A stretch of 64,000 nucleotides of DNA from Gemmatimonadota bacterium (GTDB taxonomy: Bacteria > Gemmatimonadota > Gemmatimonadetes > Palauibacterales > Palauibacteraceae): NCBI GenBank assembly GCA_049668445.1, contig JBATJK010000235.1, positions 15,714-79,713 of the forward strand, in the 5' to 3' direction. Each line of letters begins with the position of its first letter. The stretch's first letter is position 1. This document shows, in pieces, positions 19,665-27,989 of this stretch. The translations under genes were made by a program, and so were the position numbers. The notes beneath the pieces are model-generated. The model saw only the letters and a list, made by a program, of their open reading frames with translations. It did not search any database and was not told the origin of the DNA.

Positions 19665-20975
19665 GTGGGTCGGCCCAACGTGGGCAAGTCCACGCTGTTC
19701 AATCGAATCCTGGGCCGTCGCATTGCCATTGTGGCCGAGCGCAGCGGAGTCACTCGCGACCGGCAGTTCGCCGAGGCTGAATGGGCGGGACGGGACTTCC
19801 TGCTCGTGGATACTGGCGGAATCAGTGACGTCCCGGAACGCCCGCTCGACCGAGAAGTCAGGCAACAGGTCCTGGCGGCAATCGAGCGTTCTCAGGCCAT
19901 CGTGCTCGTCACCGACGGGCGCGCCGGACCTCACCCGGTCGACGAGCACGTCGCAGATCTACTTCGCCGCTCGGGCCGCCCCGTGGTTCTGGCCGTCAAC
20001 AAGCTCGACGAACCCGCTTCGGCCGTGGCGCAGCACGAGTTCCATGCCCTGGGGCTTGGCGAGCCCGTGCCGGTCTCGGCTCTCAGCGGGAAGGGAAGTG
20101 GTGACCTCCTGGATCGAGTGGTCGCGGCCCTGCCCGGTCCAGAGGAGACCGACAGCACCCCGGTCGGCCTCAGGCTGGCCGTGATCGGGAAGCCCAACGT
20201 CGGGAAGTCCAGCTTCGTCAATCGCCTGCTCGGGGAGGACCGGGTCCTGGTTCATGATGAGGCCGGAACCACCCGAGACGCGATCGACACCTACCTGGAG
20301 TTCGAGAACGAGAGGATCTGCCTGATCGATACGGCTGGCCTGCGCCGCCGTTCTCGAGTCGATGATGATGTCGAGTTCTACAGTCGGCTGCGAGCCACGT
20401 CCGCCATCCAGAGGTCGGATGTCTGTCTGCTCGTGGTCGATTGCGCGGCCGGTGTGACGAACCAGGATTTCCGCATCGGAGAGGAGGCCTGGGAAGCGGG
20501 GCGGGGGCTCGTCCTGGTGGCAAACAAGTGGGACCTGATCGACGATCGAGGCCCCGATACGCTCGCCCTGTTCGAGAGGGAACTCCGCGAAAGAGCTCAC
20601 TACCTGAGGTGGGTGCCCATCGTGACGACATCGGCCCTTTCCGGAAAGCGGGTGCAGAGGGTCATCGAACTGGCGCGCGAAGTCCAGCACGAGCGGTCCC
20701 GGAGAATCCCGACGGCAGAGGTGAATCGAGTGATCCGGAGCCTCGTGGCACGCAAGCAGCCCCCTCAGGGCGCACGGGGCGATGTCAGGATATACTACGG
20801 CAGCCAGGTGGCCGTTGAGCCGCCTGTCTTCGTCCTGTGGTCGAACCGTCCCAAGGATCTGAAGACCTCCTATGTGCGCTACGTGTCGAACGGGTTCCGG
20901 AGAGAGTGGGGCTTCGTGGGCTCACCACTCAGGATCTCGGCTCGCCAACGAACTGAAAGCGATCGCGACTCGTGA
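19665..20975 (+). CDS. der: Ribosome-associated GTPase Der/EngA (tandem GTPase domains plus KH-like domain)
   Basis: VAIVGRPNVGKSTLFN (G1 of GD1), DTGG, NKLD. Second G domain LAVIGKPNVGKSSFVN...DTAG...NKWD. GTG start at the V of IVGRP (no upstream in-frame ATG after the stop of the previous gene). Confidence 0.9.
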   Translation: MGRPNVGKSTLFNRILGRRIAIVAERSGVTRDRQFAEAEWAGRDFLLVDTGGISDVPERPLDREVRQQVLAAIERSQAIVLVTDGRAGPHPVDEHVADLLRRSGRPVVLAVNKLDEPASAVAQHEFHALGLGEPVPVSALSGKGSGDLLDRVVAALPGPEETDSTPVGLRLAVIGKPNVGKSSFVNRLLGEDRVLVHDEAGTTRDAIDTYLEFENERICLIDTAGLRRRSRVDDDVEFYSRLRATSAIQRSDVCLLVVDCAAGVTNQDFRIGEEAWEAGRGLVLVANKWDLIDDRGPDTLALFERELRERAHYLRWVPIVTTSALSGKRVQRVIELAREVQHERSRRIPTAEVNRVIRSLVARKQPPQGARGDVRIYYGSQVAVEPPVFVLWSNRPKDLKTSYVRYVSNGFRREWGFVGSPLRISARQRTESDRDS

Positions 20976-21002
20976 CCCGTTCGCGAGGCCGGTGAGCAAG
21001 CC

Positions 21003-21638
21003 GTGACGGTCCTCCTGCTGACCCTGGCCGCTTATGTGATGGGCTCCATCCCCACGAGCTACCTGGTGGGGCGCCTGCACGGAATCGACCTTCGTGAACA
21101 CGGAAGCGGCAACCTGGGTGGAACCAACGCCTACCGGGTCATGGGCCTGGGCGCCGGGGTGCCGGTGGTGCTCGTAGACGTCGCCAAGGGCTTCATCCCC
21201 GCCTACTTCTTTCCGTCCTGGGACGGCTCCGCGGTCGGCGACCTGGCGCTCCTCTACGGCCTCGCGGCGATCACAGGCCACGTGTGGTCCATCTTCATGC
21301 GCTTCCGCGGCGGCAAGGGCGTTGCGACGGGAGCAGGTGTCCTGGTTGCCCTGGCTCCGACATCGGCCCTGATCGGGCTTCTCGTATGGATCGGCATCGT
21401 CTCGATCACGCGCTACGTGTCCGTGGCATCCATGGCTGCCGCCACCCTCGTCCCCCTATCGGCCTGGCTGACGGACGAGGCGGCCTCCACCGTGTTGTTC
21501 TGTGCGGCCATCGCGATCTTCGTCTGGTGGACCCATCGCGACAACCTGAGGAAATTGGCCCGCGGGCAGGAGAACCGGTTCGGCCGGGAGCGGAAGGCTT
21601 CGGGATCTCCGATGGAGGAAGGTGAACGTGCAGAATGA
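21003..21638 (+). CDS. plsY: Glycerol-3-phosphate acyltransferase PlsY
   Basis: 211 aa membrane protein. GSIPTSYLVGR..GIDLREHGSGNLGGTNAYRV...KGVATGAG motifs are diagnostic of PlsY. Confidence 0.9.
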   Translation: MTVLLLTLAAYVMGSIPTSYLVGRLHGIDLREHGSGNLGGTNAYRVMGLGAGVPVVLVDVAKGFIPAYFFPSWDGSAVGDLALLYGLAAITGHVWSIFMRFRGGKGVATGAGVLVALAPTSALIGLLVWIGIVSITRYVSVASMAAATLVPLSAWLTDEAASTVLFCAAIAIFVWWTHRDNLRKLARGQENRFGRERKASGSPMEEGERAE

Positions 21639-22644
21639 GCGGATAGCGGTCCTCGGCGCCGGCAGCTGGGGAACGGCGTTGGCCAACGTGCTGGCCTCGA
21701 ACGGGCACACCACGCGGCTCTGGGCCTACGAGGCGCAGGTCGCCGACGATGTGAAGGCAAACCATCGTAACGAGAAGTACCTGCCGGGGGTGGATCTGGA
21801 GCCTGCCCTGGGAGCGACGGCAGCGATGGCCGAGGCCCTGGACGGCGCAACCGTGGTCGTGTCCGTCAGTCCCTCGCACGTGGTCCGGCCCGTCATGCAG
21901 GAGGCGGGCACGCTGCTGGCCAGATCTCACCCGCTGATCGTGAGTGCGTCGAAGGGGATCGAGATCCATAGCGATCTGCGGATGAGCCAGGTGCTGCTGG
22001 AGGTCCTGGGGGACGAGACGGCGGGTGGCTGTGTGGTCCTCTCCGGTCCCAGTTTCGCCGCGGAGCTCGCTCGCCGGCTCCCGACAGCGGTTACCCTCGC
22101 GTCAGACGACGAAGAAAACGCTCAGCGAGTCCAGGGACTGTTCCAGAATGATCACTTTCGCCTGTATACGCAGTCCGACCTCATCGGCACGGAGCTCGGC
22201 GGGGCGCTGAAGAACGTGATCGCTCTCGCAGCCGGGATCAGCGATGGACTTGGCCTGGGGACGAATGCCCGCGCGGCGCTCATGACCCGAGGACTCGCCG
22301 AAATCGGCCGCCTGGCGGAACGACTGGGTGGCGAGGGAGCCACCCTCGCCGGGCTGGCGGGAGTTGGAGATCTCATCCTGACATGCACCGGCGACCTGAG
22401 CCGCAACCGCACCGTGGGCCTCGCCGTCGGACGCGGTGAGAAACTGGACGACGTGCTCGCGGGGATGACGGCTGTTGCCGAGGGAGTGCGCACGACAGAG
22501 GCCGCCAGGGACCTGGCCGGGCGCCATGGGGTGGAAATGCCCATCGTAGGTGCCGTATACTCCATTCTGTACGAAAGCGTGGACCCGAGGCGGGCGCTGG
22601 CCCTCCTCATGTCCAGAGAGCCTAAGCCCGAGCGCTGGAGTTGA
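21622..22644 (+). CDS. gpsA: NAD(P)H-dependent glycerol-3-phosphate dehydrogenase
   Basis: IAVLGAGSWGTALA Rossmann motif. GpsA core (LKNVIALAAGISDGLGLGTNARAAL). GTG start overlapping the plsY 3' end. Confidence 0.9.
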   Translation: MNVQNERIAVLGAGSWGTALANVLASNGHTTRLWAYEAQVADDVKANHRNEKYLPGVDLEPALGATAAMAEALDGATVVVSVSPSHVVRPVMQEAGTLLARSHPLIVSASKGIEIHSDLRMSQVLLEVLGDETAGGCVVLSGPSFAAELARRLPTAVTLASDDEENAQRVQGLFQNDHFRLYTQSDLIGTELGGALKNVIALAAGISDGLGLGTNARAALMTRGLAEIGRLAERLGGEGATLAGLAGVGDLILTCTGDLSRNRTVGLAVGRGEKLDDVLAGMTAVAEGVRTTEAARDLAGRHGVEMPIVGAVYSILYESVDPRRALALLMSREPKPERWS

Positions 22645-23006
22645 GTTCGGTGGAAGACCGCATCGCCCCGAAGGAGTACTACTCGATTGGTGAAGTGTGC
22701 GAGCTCACCGGACTGAAGCCGCACGTGCTGCGTTATTGGGAGACCCAGTTCCCGGCACTGCGACCGTCCAAGAACCGCGCGGGCAACCGGGTCTACCGGC
22801 GCAAGGAAATCAAGCTTGTACACCTGCTCCGTCATCTTCTCTACGCCGAGAAGTACACCATCGAGGGAGCCCGCCACAAGCTCGAACAGCTGCGCAAGGA
22901 AGGAAAGTTGACGCGGGCAGCCCGAGTGGCATGGGACCGGGAGACGGTCCGGGACCTGAGGCGCGAGGCTGACGGCCTCCTGGAGCTGTTGACGCTCGGC
23001 GAATGA
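22641..23006 (+). CDS. MerR-family transcriptional regulator (short, HspR-like; no effector domain)
   Basis: 121 aa. HTH YSIGEVCELTGLKPHVLRYWETQF, then a coiled-coil. ATGA overlaps both the gpsA stop and the surE start. Confidence 0.8.
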   Translation: MSSVEDRIAPKEYYSIGEVCELTGLKPHVLRYWETQFPALRPSKNRAGNRVYRRKEIKLVHLLRHLLYAEKYTIEGARHKLEQLRKEGKLTRAARVAWDRETVRDLRREADGLLELLTLGE

Positions 23007-23797
23007 CCGAAGACAGCGAAGACAGCCAGACCGATTCCGTGAACCGCCCGACGATTCTCTGCACCAACGACGATGGTATCCACGCGGTCGGCCTGCAGAC
23101 CCTCATCGAGATCGCTTCCGGACTCGGCGAAGTCCAGGTCGTAGCGCCGGATCGCGAACAGAGCGCCACCAGTCACTCGCTCACGGTCCACAGGCCTCTT
23201 CGGGCGACGCGCACCGCCGAGGGGCATCACGTGATCGACGGCACTCCGACCGATTGCGTACTGATCGGCATCAACCAGCTCCTGGAGACTCCACCCGACT
23301 TCGTCCTTTCGGGCGTCAACCATGGTCCCAACATGGGAGAGGATGTCCTGTACTCGGGCACGGTGGCCGCAGCCATGGAAGGCACGATTCTCGGGATCCC
23401 GGCGATCGCCGTCTCCTATTCGAGTCGGGCGGCGGATCGGATCCCGGGCTACTCGGGGGTTCTCACCGACCTCATCGGGAGCTTGATTCGGCGGAAGGAT
23501 TTTCCCGAGGAGACCTTCTTCAACGTGAACCTTCCGGACATTCCGGCGGACGAGATGAAGGGGATACGTGTGACCACGCTGGGGCGCCGCGTCTACTCCG
23601 ACTCTCTTACCCGTCGCGAAGACCCGTCGGGGCGCGAGTACTTCTGGATCGGGGGCGGCGTTTCGAGCTGGACCGGCCGGGATGATTCCGACTTCCGGGC
23701 CGTGCAGGCCGGCTACGTGTCGGTTACTCCGCTGCACCTCGACCTGACCAACTACCGCCTGATCAGCGAGGTCCGCTCTTGGATGCTGGGAGGATAG
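23003..23797 (+). CDS. surE: 5'/3'-nucleotidase SurE
   Basis: [14 protein letters not shown]...[14 protein letters not shown]...[24 protein letters not shown] matches SurE. Confidence 0.9.
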   Translation: [264 protein letters not shown]

Positions 23798-24435
23798 ACC
23801 CCGCCTACTGGCGCGACCGGCGACGCCTGATCGAGGGCCTCCAGGCGGGCGGAGTCAACGACCTTGCCATACTGCACGCCTTCGACGCCATCCCCAGGCA
23901 CATGTTCGTTCCGGATGCGGTCCGTCACCGATCGTACGACGATGTCGCCCTCCCGCTTGGCCATGGGCAGACCATTTCGCGGCCTGGAGCGCACGCTCTG
24001 CACCTGGGACTGGCCGGCCTCACGGGAGAGGAGAAGGTGCTCGAGATCGGTACAGGCTCGGGATACCAGACAGCTCTCCTGAGCCAGCTGGCAGCGCACG
24101 TGTACTCGGTGGAGACGGTTCAGGAACTCGCGGATCTCGCCGAGGCCCGCTTGCGGGACCTGGGTGTCGAGAACGTGACCACCCGGGCGGGGGATGGGAG
24201 CGCCGGCTGGCCGGAGTTCGCTCCCTACGACGTGATCCTGTGCGGGGCCGCGGCTCCTCGAGTTCCGCAGCCTCTGATCGACCAACTCGTCCCCGGCGGC
24301 CGACTGATCATCCCGGTGGGGGACGATTCCGGACAGCGCCTTGTCCGTGTCACCCTGGAGACGGACGGCCGGCTCAGTGAGGAGACCGTGGACAGCGCCC
24401 GCTTCGTACCACTCACAGGGGAAGAGGGATGGTGA
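23779..24435 (+). CDS. pcm: Protein-L-isoaspartate O-methyltransferase
   Basis: AIPRHMFVPD, VLEIGTGSGYQTALLSQLA (SAM motif I), and PYDVILCGAAAPRVPQPLIDQLVPGGRLIIPVG match Pcm. surE-pcm pairing is conserved. Apparent TTG start overlapping surE. Confidence 0.85.
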   Translation: MDAGRIDPAYWRDRRRLIEGLQAGGVNDLAILHAFDAIPRHMFVPDAVRHRSYDDVALPLGHGQTISRPGAHALHLGLAGLTGEEKVLEIGTGSGYQTALLSQLAAHVYSVETVQELADLAEARLRDLGVENVTTRAGDGSAGWPEFAPYDVILCGAAAPRVPQPLIDQLVPGGRLIIPVGDDSGQRLVRVTLETDGRLSEETVDSARFVPLTGEEGW

Positions 24436-24466
24436 TACTGGAGACAACCCTTTCCGAGAATGGCCG

Positions 24467-25138
24467 ATGACCGAAATCCTGATCGAATACGTTCAGCTCG
24501 GCGCCGAACTCGGCCGCACCTGGGGCCCTCTCATCGTGCTCGTGCTGATGGCGGTCGAGAGTTCGTTCATACCCTTCCCGTCGGAAGTGGTCATGATCCC
24601 GGCCGGATTCATGGCCGCGCGAGGAGAGTTTCTCCCACCGGATCCGGTGGCGGGACTCGTCGTAGCCGTGGTCGCGGGGATCCTCGGCTCACTCCTCGGA
24701 GCGTTCCTGAACTACGGGCTTTCCTTGAAGCTCGGGAGACCCTTCCTCTATCGCTACGGGCGCTACTTCTTCCTCTCCGCCGCAAGCCTGGAGCGCGCCG
24801 AGGAGTTGTTCAGGCGCCACGGTGAGATCACGACCTTCGTCTGCCGCCTCATCCCGGCAATCCGCCAGCTCATCTCCATTCCGGCGGGTCTCTCCCGGAT
24901 GCGTTTCGGACGGTTCGCGCTCTTCACCGGACTCGGAGCGGGGATCTGGGTGATCATCCTCAGCATCGCCGGATTCGCGCTGGGGAAGGGCACGCGCGAT
25001 ATGAGTTACGAGGAACTGGTCCCCGCCGGTGAGGCCATGATCCGGGGGAACCTCGGATGGATCTTCTGGGGTCTCGTGCTCGTCATCGTCATGTACATAT
25101 GGGTACATCGCCGGGTCATGCACGGAGGCTCGCATTGA
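24467..25138 (+). CDS. DedA/TVP38-family membrane protein
   Basis: ATG at 24467 with a GGAG-like RBS. Polytopic. DedA core (ESSFIPFPSEVVMIPAGF...FVCRLIPAIRQLISIPAGLSRM). Confidence 0.85.
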   Translation: MTEILIEYVQLGAELGRTWGPLIVLVLMAVESSFIPFPSEVVMIPAGFMAARGEFLPPDPVAGLVVAVVAGILGSLLGAFLNYGLSLKLGRPFLYRYGRYFFLSAASLERAEELFRRHGEITTFVCRLIPAIRQLISIPAGLSRMRFGRFALFTGLGAGIWVIILSIAGFALGKGTRDMSYEELVPAGEAMIRGNLGWIFWGLVLVIVMYIWVHRRVMHGGSH

Positions 25139-25218
25139 CTGACCCGCGACTCTGACCCTAGTTTTGCGTGCTTCGCCCCAGGTGGGGCAGGGGGTTCGCG
25201 ACGCGCAAGGCGCATCCG

Positions 25219-25233
25219 CGCTTCTGAAGCGCA
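25219..25233 (+). promoter_or_regulatory. 7-1-7 inverted repeat GCGCTTCtGAAGCGC in the dedA / TPR-gene spacer (possible operator)
   Basis: Perfect palindrome read from the sequence. Lies ~95 nt upstream of the 25329 ATG in a 190-nt lower-GC spacer. A second small hairpin gcccc-aggt-ggggc sits at 25176-25189. Confidence 0.25.
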
Positions 25234-25328
25234 TGCGCCGATGTACCGTAACTCGTTTTACTGCAACAACTTACGACAGTATTGCTCAGTGCAGGCGTTG
25301 TCCATACAGAAAGGCGTTGTGGCAAGAC

Positions 25329-26150
25329 ATGGCTAAGCAAATAGCCCGCGAGAAGCGGCCGGGACATATCGATACCGAAGATCACGTCACCGAGCGGGTC
25401 CTCGAGGCCGCGGCGTGGGCGGAAAACCACCGCCGGGCGGTGATCGCTGGAGGAATCGCGCTGGCACTCGTGGTCGCCGCGGCGTTCTACTACCAGGACT
25501 ACCGGAGCAAGCTCGTCGACAGGGCATCCGTGCGACTCCAGGAGATCCAGATGTCGGCCCAGTCAGCCGACATGGAAACGATTCGATCGGAGTTGCGGAT
25601 CTTCATCGATCAGTACTCCAGCACCCCCTACGCCAGCCAGGCACGCGTGGCGCTGGGTGACCTGGAACTGCGCAGGGACAGTCTCGGCCTGGCGATCCAG
25701 GCGCTCCAGCCGGTCGCCGATCTGGGCGCCGACAACCCTCTGTCGTTCACGGCCATGAAGATGATCGCCGCGGCGTATGAGCAGGGTGGCGAGACGGATC
25801 AGGCCATCCAGTGGTACGAGCGGATTTCCTCGGGCGCCATGTTCGACTACCAGCGCCATCTGGGCATGGCGGAGCAGGCCCGTCTCCATACGGCCGCCGG
25901 GCGCTATTCCGATGCCGAATCCCTGTACGAGCAGCTCGTAGCGGAGGCCGAGGAAGACCCGGCCGGGCAGCAGGTGTACGGAGTCAGACTCGGAGAAGTG
26001 CGCGCGCTGGCCCAGTTCGGTGCCGCACCGCCGGCTGCGCTTCCAACCGTGCAGTTGGATCCTCCCGCGGCGAGCGAGGCGGACGAGTCGAGCGAGGCGG
26101 GGGCGGACGAAGGAATCCCGGCGGAAGAGGCACCGGAAGAGGGAGAGTAG
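25329..26150 (+). CDS. Membrane-anchored TPR-like protein (YfgM/UPF0070-like architecture) with acidic C-terminal tail
   Basis: ATG at 25329. Charged N-terminus (MAKQIAREKRPGHIDTEDH). One TM helix (IAGGIALALVVAAAFYY). TPR-like helical region. C-terminal low-complexity acidic tail (EADESSEAGADEGIPAEEAPEEGE). Upstream part of ORF 25164.. rejected. Confidence 0.65.
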   Translation: MAKQIAREKRPGHIDTEDHVTERVLEAAAWAENHRRAVIAGGIALALVVAAAFYYQDYRSKLVDRASVRLQEIQMSAQSADMETIRSELRIFIDQYSSTPYASQARVALGDLELRRDSLGLAIQALQPVADLGADNPLSFTAMKMIAAAYEQGGETDQAIQWYERISSGAMFDYQRHLGMAEQARLHTAAGRYSDAESLYEQLVAEAEEDPAGQQVYGVRLGEVRALAQFGAAPPAALPTVQLDPPAASEADESSEAGADEGIPAEEAPEEGE

Positions 26151-26271
26151 ATAGATCTTCGCAGTTGAGGGCTGCGGGGGGCCTTGCAGGTCGTGAGCGC
26201 CACCCGCCCCTTAATGGCGCATAAGATATCTTATGTAAACTAGCGATCTGCGGTATGTACCCTGCCGACAC

Positions 26272-27033
26272 TCAGAGGCGTCCGAACAGAGAGCGGAAGC
26301 GCAGGGCCCACACTCTCCACACCGCCTCGCGTACGATGGCTCCCGACATCTTGCTCTCGCCTTCCGTGCGGTCCACGAACACGATGGGTACCTCCCCGAC
26401 GCGGAACCCCTTCTTCCAGGCCCGGAAGTCCATCTCGATCTGGAACGTGTAGCCGGTCGATCCCACCTTCGAGAAGTCGATCGCTTCCAGCACCTCGCGG
26501 CGGAAACACTTGAACCCTGCCGTGGCATCCGACAGGGGGAGTCCTGTCACCACACGGGCGTACTTGTTCGCGAACCAGGACAACAGGAGGCGGCTCATGG
26601 GCCAGTTGATGACGTTGACCCCGCTCACGTAGCGAGAGCCGATCACCAGGTCGAGGTCTCCCTCGGCGGCCTCGAGCAGCGCGGGAAGATACTTCGGGTC
26701 GTGCGAGTGATCCGAGTCCATTTCCAGAAGGAACTCGTATCCGTTCTCCAGGCCCCAGGTGAAACCCCTCAAATAGGCGCTCCCGAGCCCCTGCTTGCCC
26801 TCCCGATGTACCACGTGAACGCGAGGGTTGTCGGACGCCATCAGATCGGCGACTTCACCCGTACCGTCAGGTGACGCGTCGTCCACGACCAGCACGTCGA
26901 TCCTCGGGTCCTGATCCAGCACCACGGGGACGATCGAGGCCAGGTTGCCGGCCTCGTTGTAGGTCGGCATGACGACGAGCGCCCTGCCCCGTCCGATCGG
27001 CTCCGCTCCCGGAACGTTCGGATTCTCGTTCAA
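26272..27033 (-). CDS. GT2 polyprenyl-monophosphate sugar synthase (DPM1/Ppm1-like, soluble type)
   Basis: ALVVMPTYNEAGNL...VLVVDDASPDGT...DSDHSHDP (DxD/ED motifs of DPM synthases). No C-terminal TM helices. Probable TTG start at 27033-27031 overlapping the stop of the upstream gene (TTGA); an internal ATG start (26970) is an alternative. Confidence 0.78.
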   Translation of the reverse strand: MNENPNVPGAEPIGRGRALVVMPTYNEAGNLASIVPVVLDQDPRIDVLVVDDASPDGTGEVADLMASDNPRVHVVHREGKQGLGSAYLRGFTWGLENGYEFLLEMDSDHSHDPKYLPALLEAAEGDLDLVIGSRYVSGVNVINWPMSRLLLSWFANKYARVVTGLPLSDATAGFKCFRREVLEAIDFSKVGSTGYTFQIEMDFRAWKKGFRVGEVPIVFVDRTEGESKMSGAIVREAVWRVWALRFRSLFGRL

Positions 27034-27989
27034 GCCACTCTCTCCTCTTCCTCTACCGTTCTGGGCCAGGCCAGCACCAGAGCCAGCGCGGCGAGTTCGG
27101 TCACCAGCATCCATATCCGGGCCATGATCGCGACCGCAGCCGCCACACCCACCGCCAGCCCCACCAGGTCGGCGAGCAATGCCGTCATCGCGCCCTCGCG
27201 CACGACCAGACCGCCCGGGGCCACCAGCACAAGGTAGCCGACCACATAGCTGGCCGCGAAAATGCCCGTAAGTACCGGCAGATGGCTGACTTCAACTGCG
27301 ATACCGACACCTCGCAAGAGCAGGAAGAGTCCGACCCCATACAGGCACCAGGCCAGGAGCATCCCGGCGGCGGCCCGCACGATGTGTCCCGAGTCCAGCT
27401 CCACCCTCAGGTCGTCTTCTCCGAGCCAGCGGCCAAGCCGACTCGCGACCCAGCGAATCACACGAGGGTGCAATCCCAGCACGAGGATCCCCCCGAGCGT
27501 GATCACGACAGGTACCCAGCTCCCCTCGGCTCCAGCCCACGCGACGCCGATGGTGGATGCGGCGACGGCGCCCCCCGTGACCAGCGTGACAATCTGGAAA
27601 GCCAGCGCGGAGACGAGAGCCGCGGCTCCCGAGTCGCCACGTCCCTTCATGTACGCGGCCAGGCCTCCCAGCTGCCAGACCTTTCCCGGTATGTAACGGC
27701 CGAAGTTGGTGACCACCCAGACTCTGACGGCTTCGGTCCGCCGGACGTTGCCCCCGGTCCCCCTGAAGAGGCTGGCCCAGACACTGCCCATGAGCAGAAG
27801 GTTCGCGACACCAACCACGATCGCCAGCACCAGAAGCCAGGGGCTGAAAGACCAGTCGAAAGCGCGGGTCGCGGCCATGACCTCGTCCAGCGAGGTCCAC
27901 TGCCCTCTCAGCAGCATCCCCACGAAGGTGAGTGCGACGACAAGAAACACCACCGTCACCACGCGACGTGGCTCGCGACCCGAGGTCAC
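27030..27989 (-). CDS. Flippase-like polytopic membrane protein (lysyl-PG-synthase TM-region / TIGR00374-like)
   Basis: ~320 aa, 8 predicted TM helices. GK-rich loop NFGRYIPGKVWQLGGLAAY, typical of the UPF0104 / LPG synthase TM domain. GTG start at 27989-27987 overlapping the YfhO stop (GTGA). Confidence 0.65.
   Translation of the reverse strand: MTSGREPRRVVTVVFLVVALTFVGMLLRGQWTSLDEVMAATRAFDWSFSPWLLVLAIVVGVANLLLMGSVWASLFRGTGGNVRRTEAVRVWVVTNFGRYIPGKVWQLGGLAAYMKGRGDSGAAALVSALAFQIVTLVTGGAVAASTIGVAWAGAEGSWVPVVITLGGILVLGLHPRVIRWVASRLGRWLGEDDLRVELDSGHIVRAAAGMLLAWCLYGVGLFLLLRGVGIAVEVSHLPVLTGIFAASYVVGYLVLVAPGGLVVREGAMTALLADLVGLAVGVAAAVAIMARIWMLVTELAALALVLAWPRTVEEEERVA

Noticed and set aside
25164-25328. 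N-terminal extension of the YfgM-like TPR ORF (MRASPQVGQG...)
   Set aside because: The extension runs through the low-GC spacer containing palindromes and has Cys/Arg-rich non-protein-like composition. The internal ATG at 25329 gives a sensible charged N-terminus plus TM helix.
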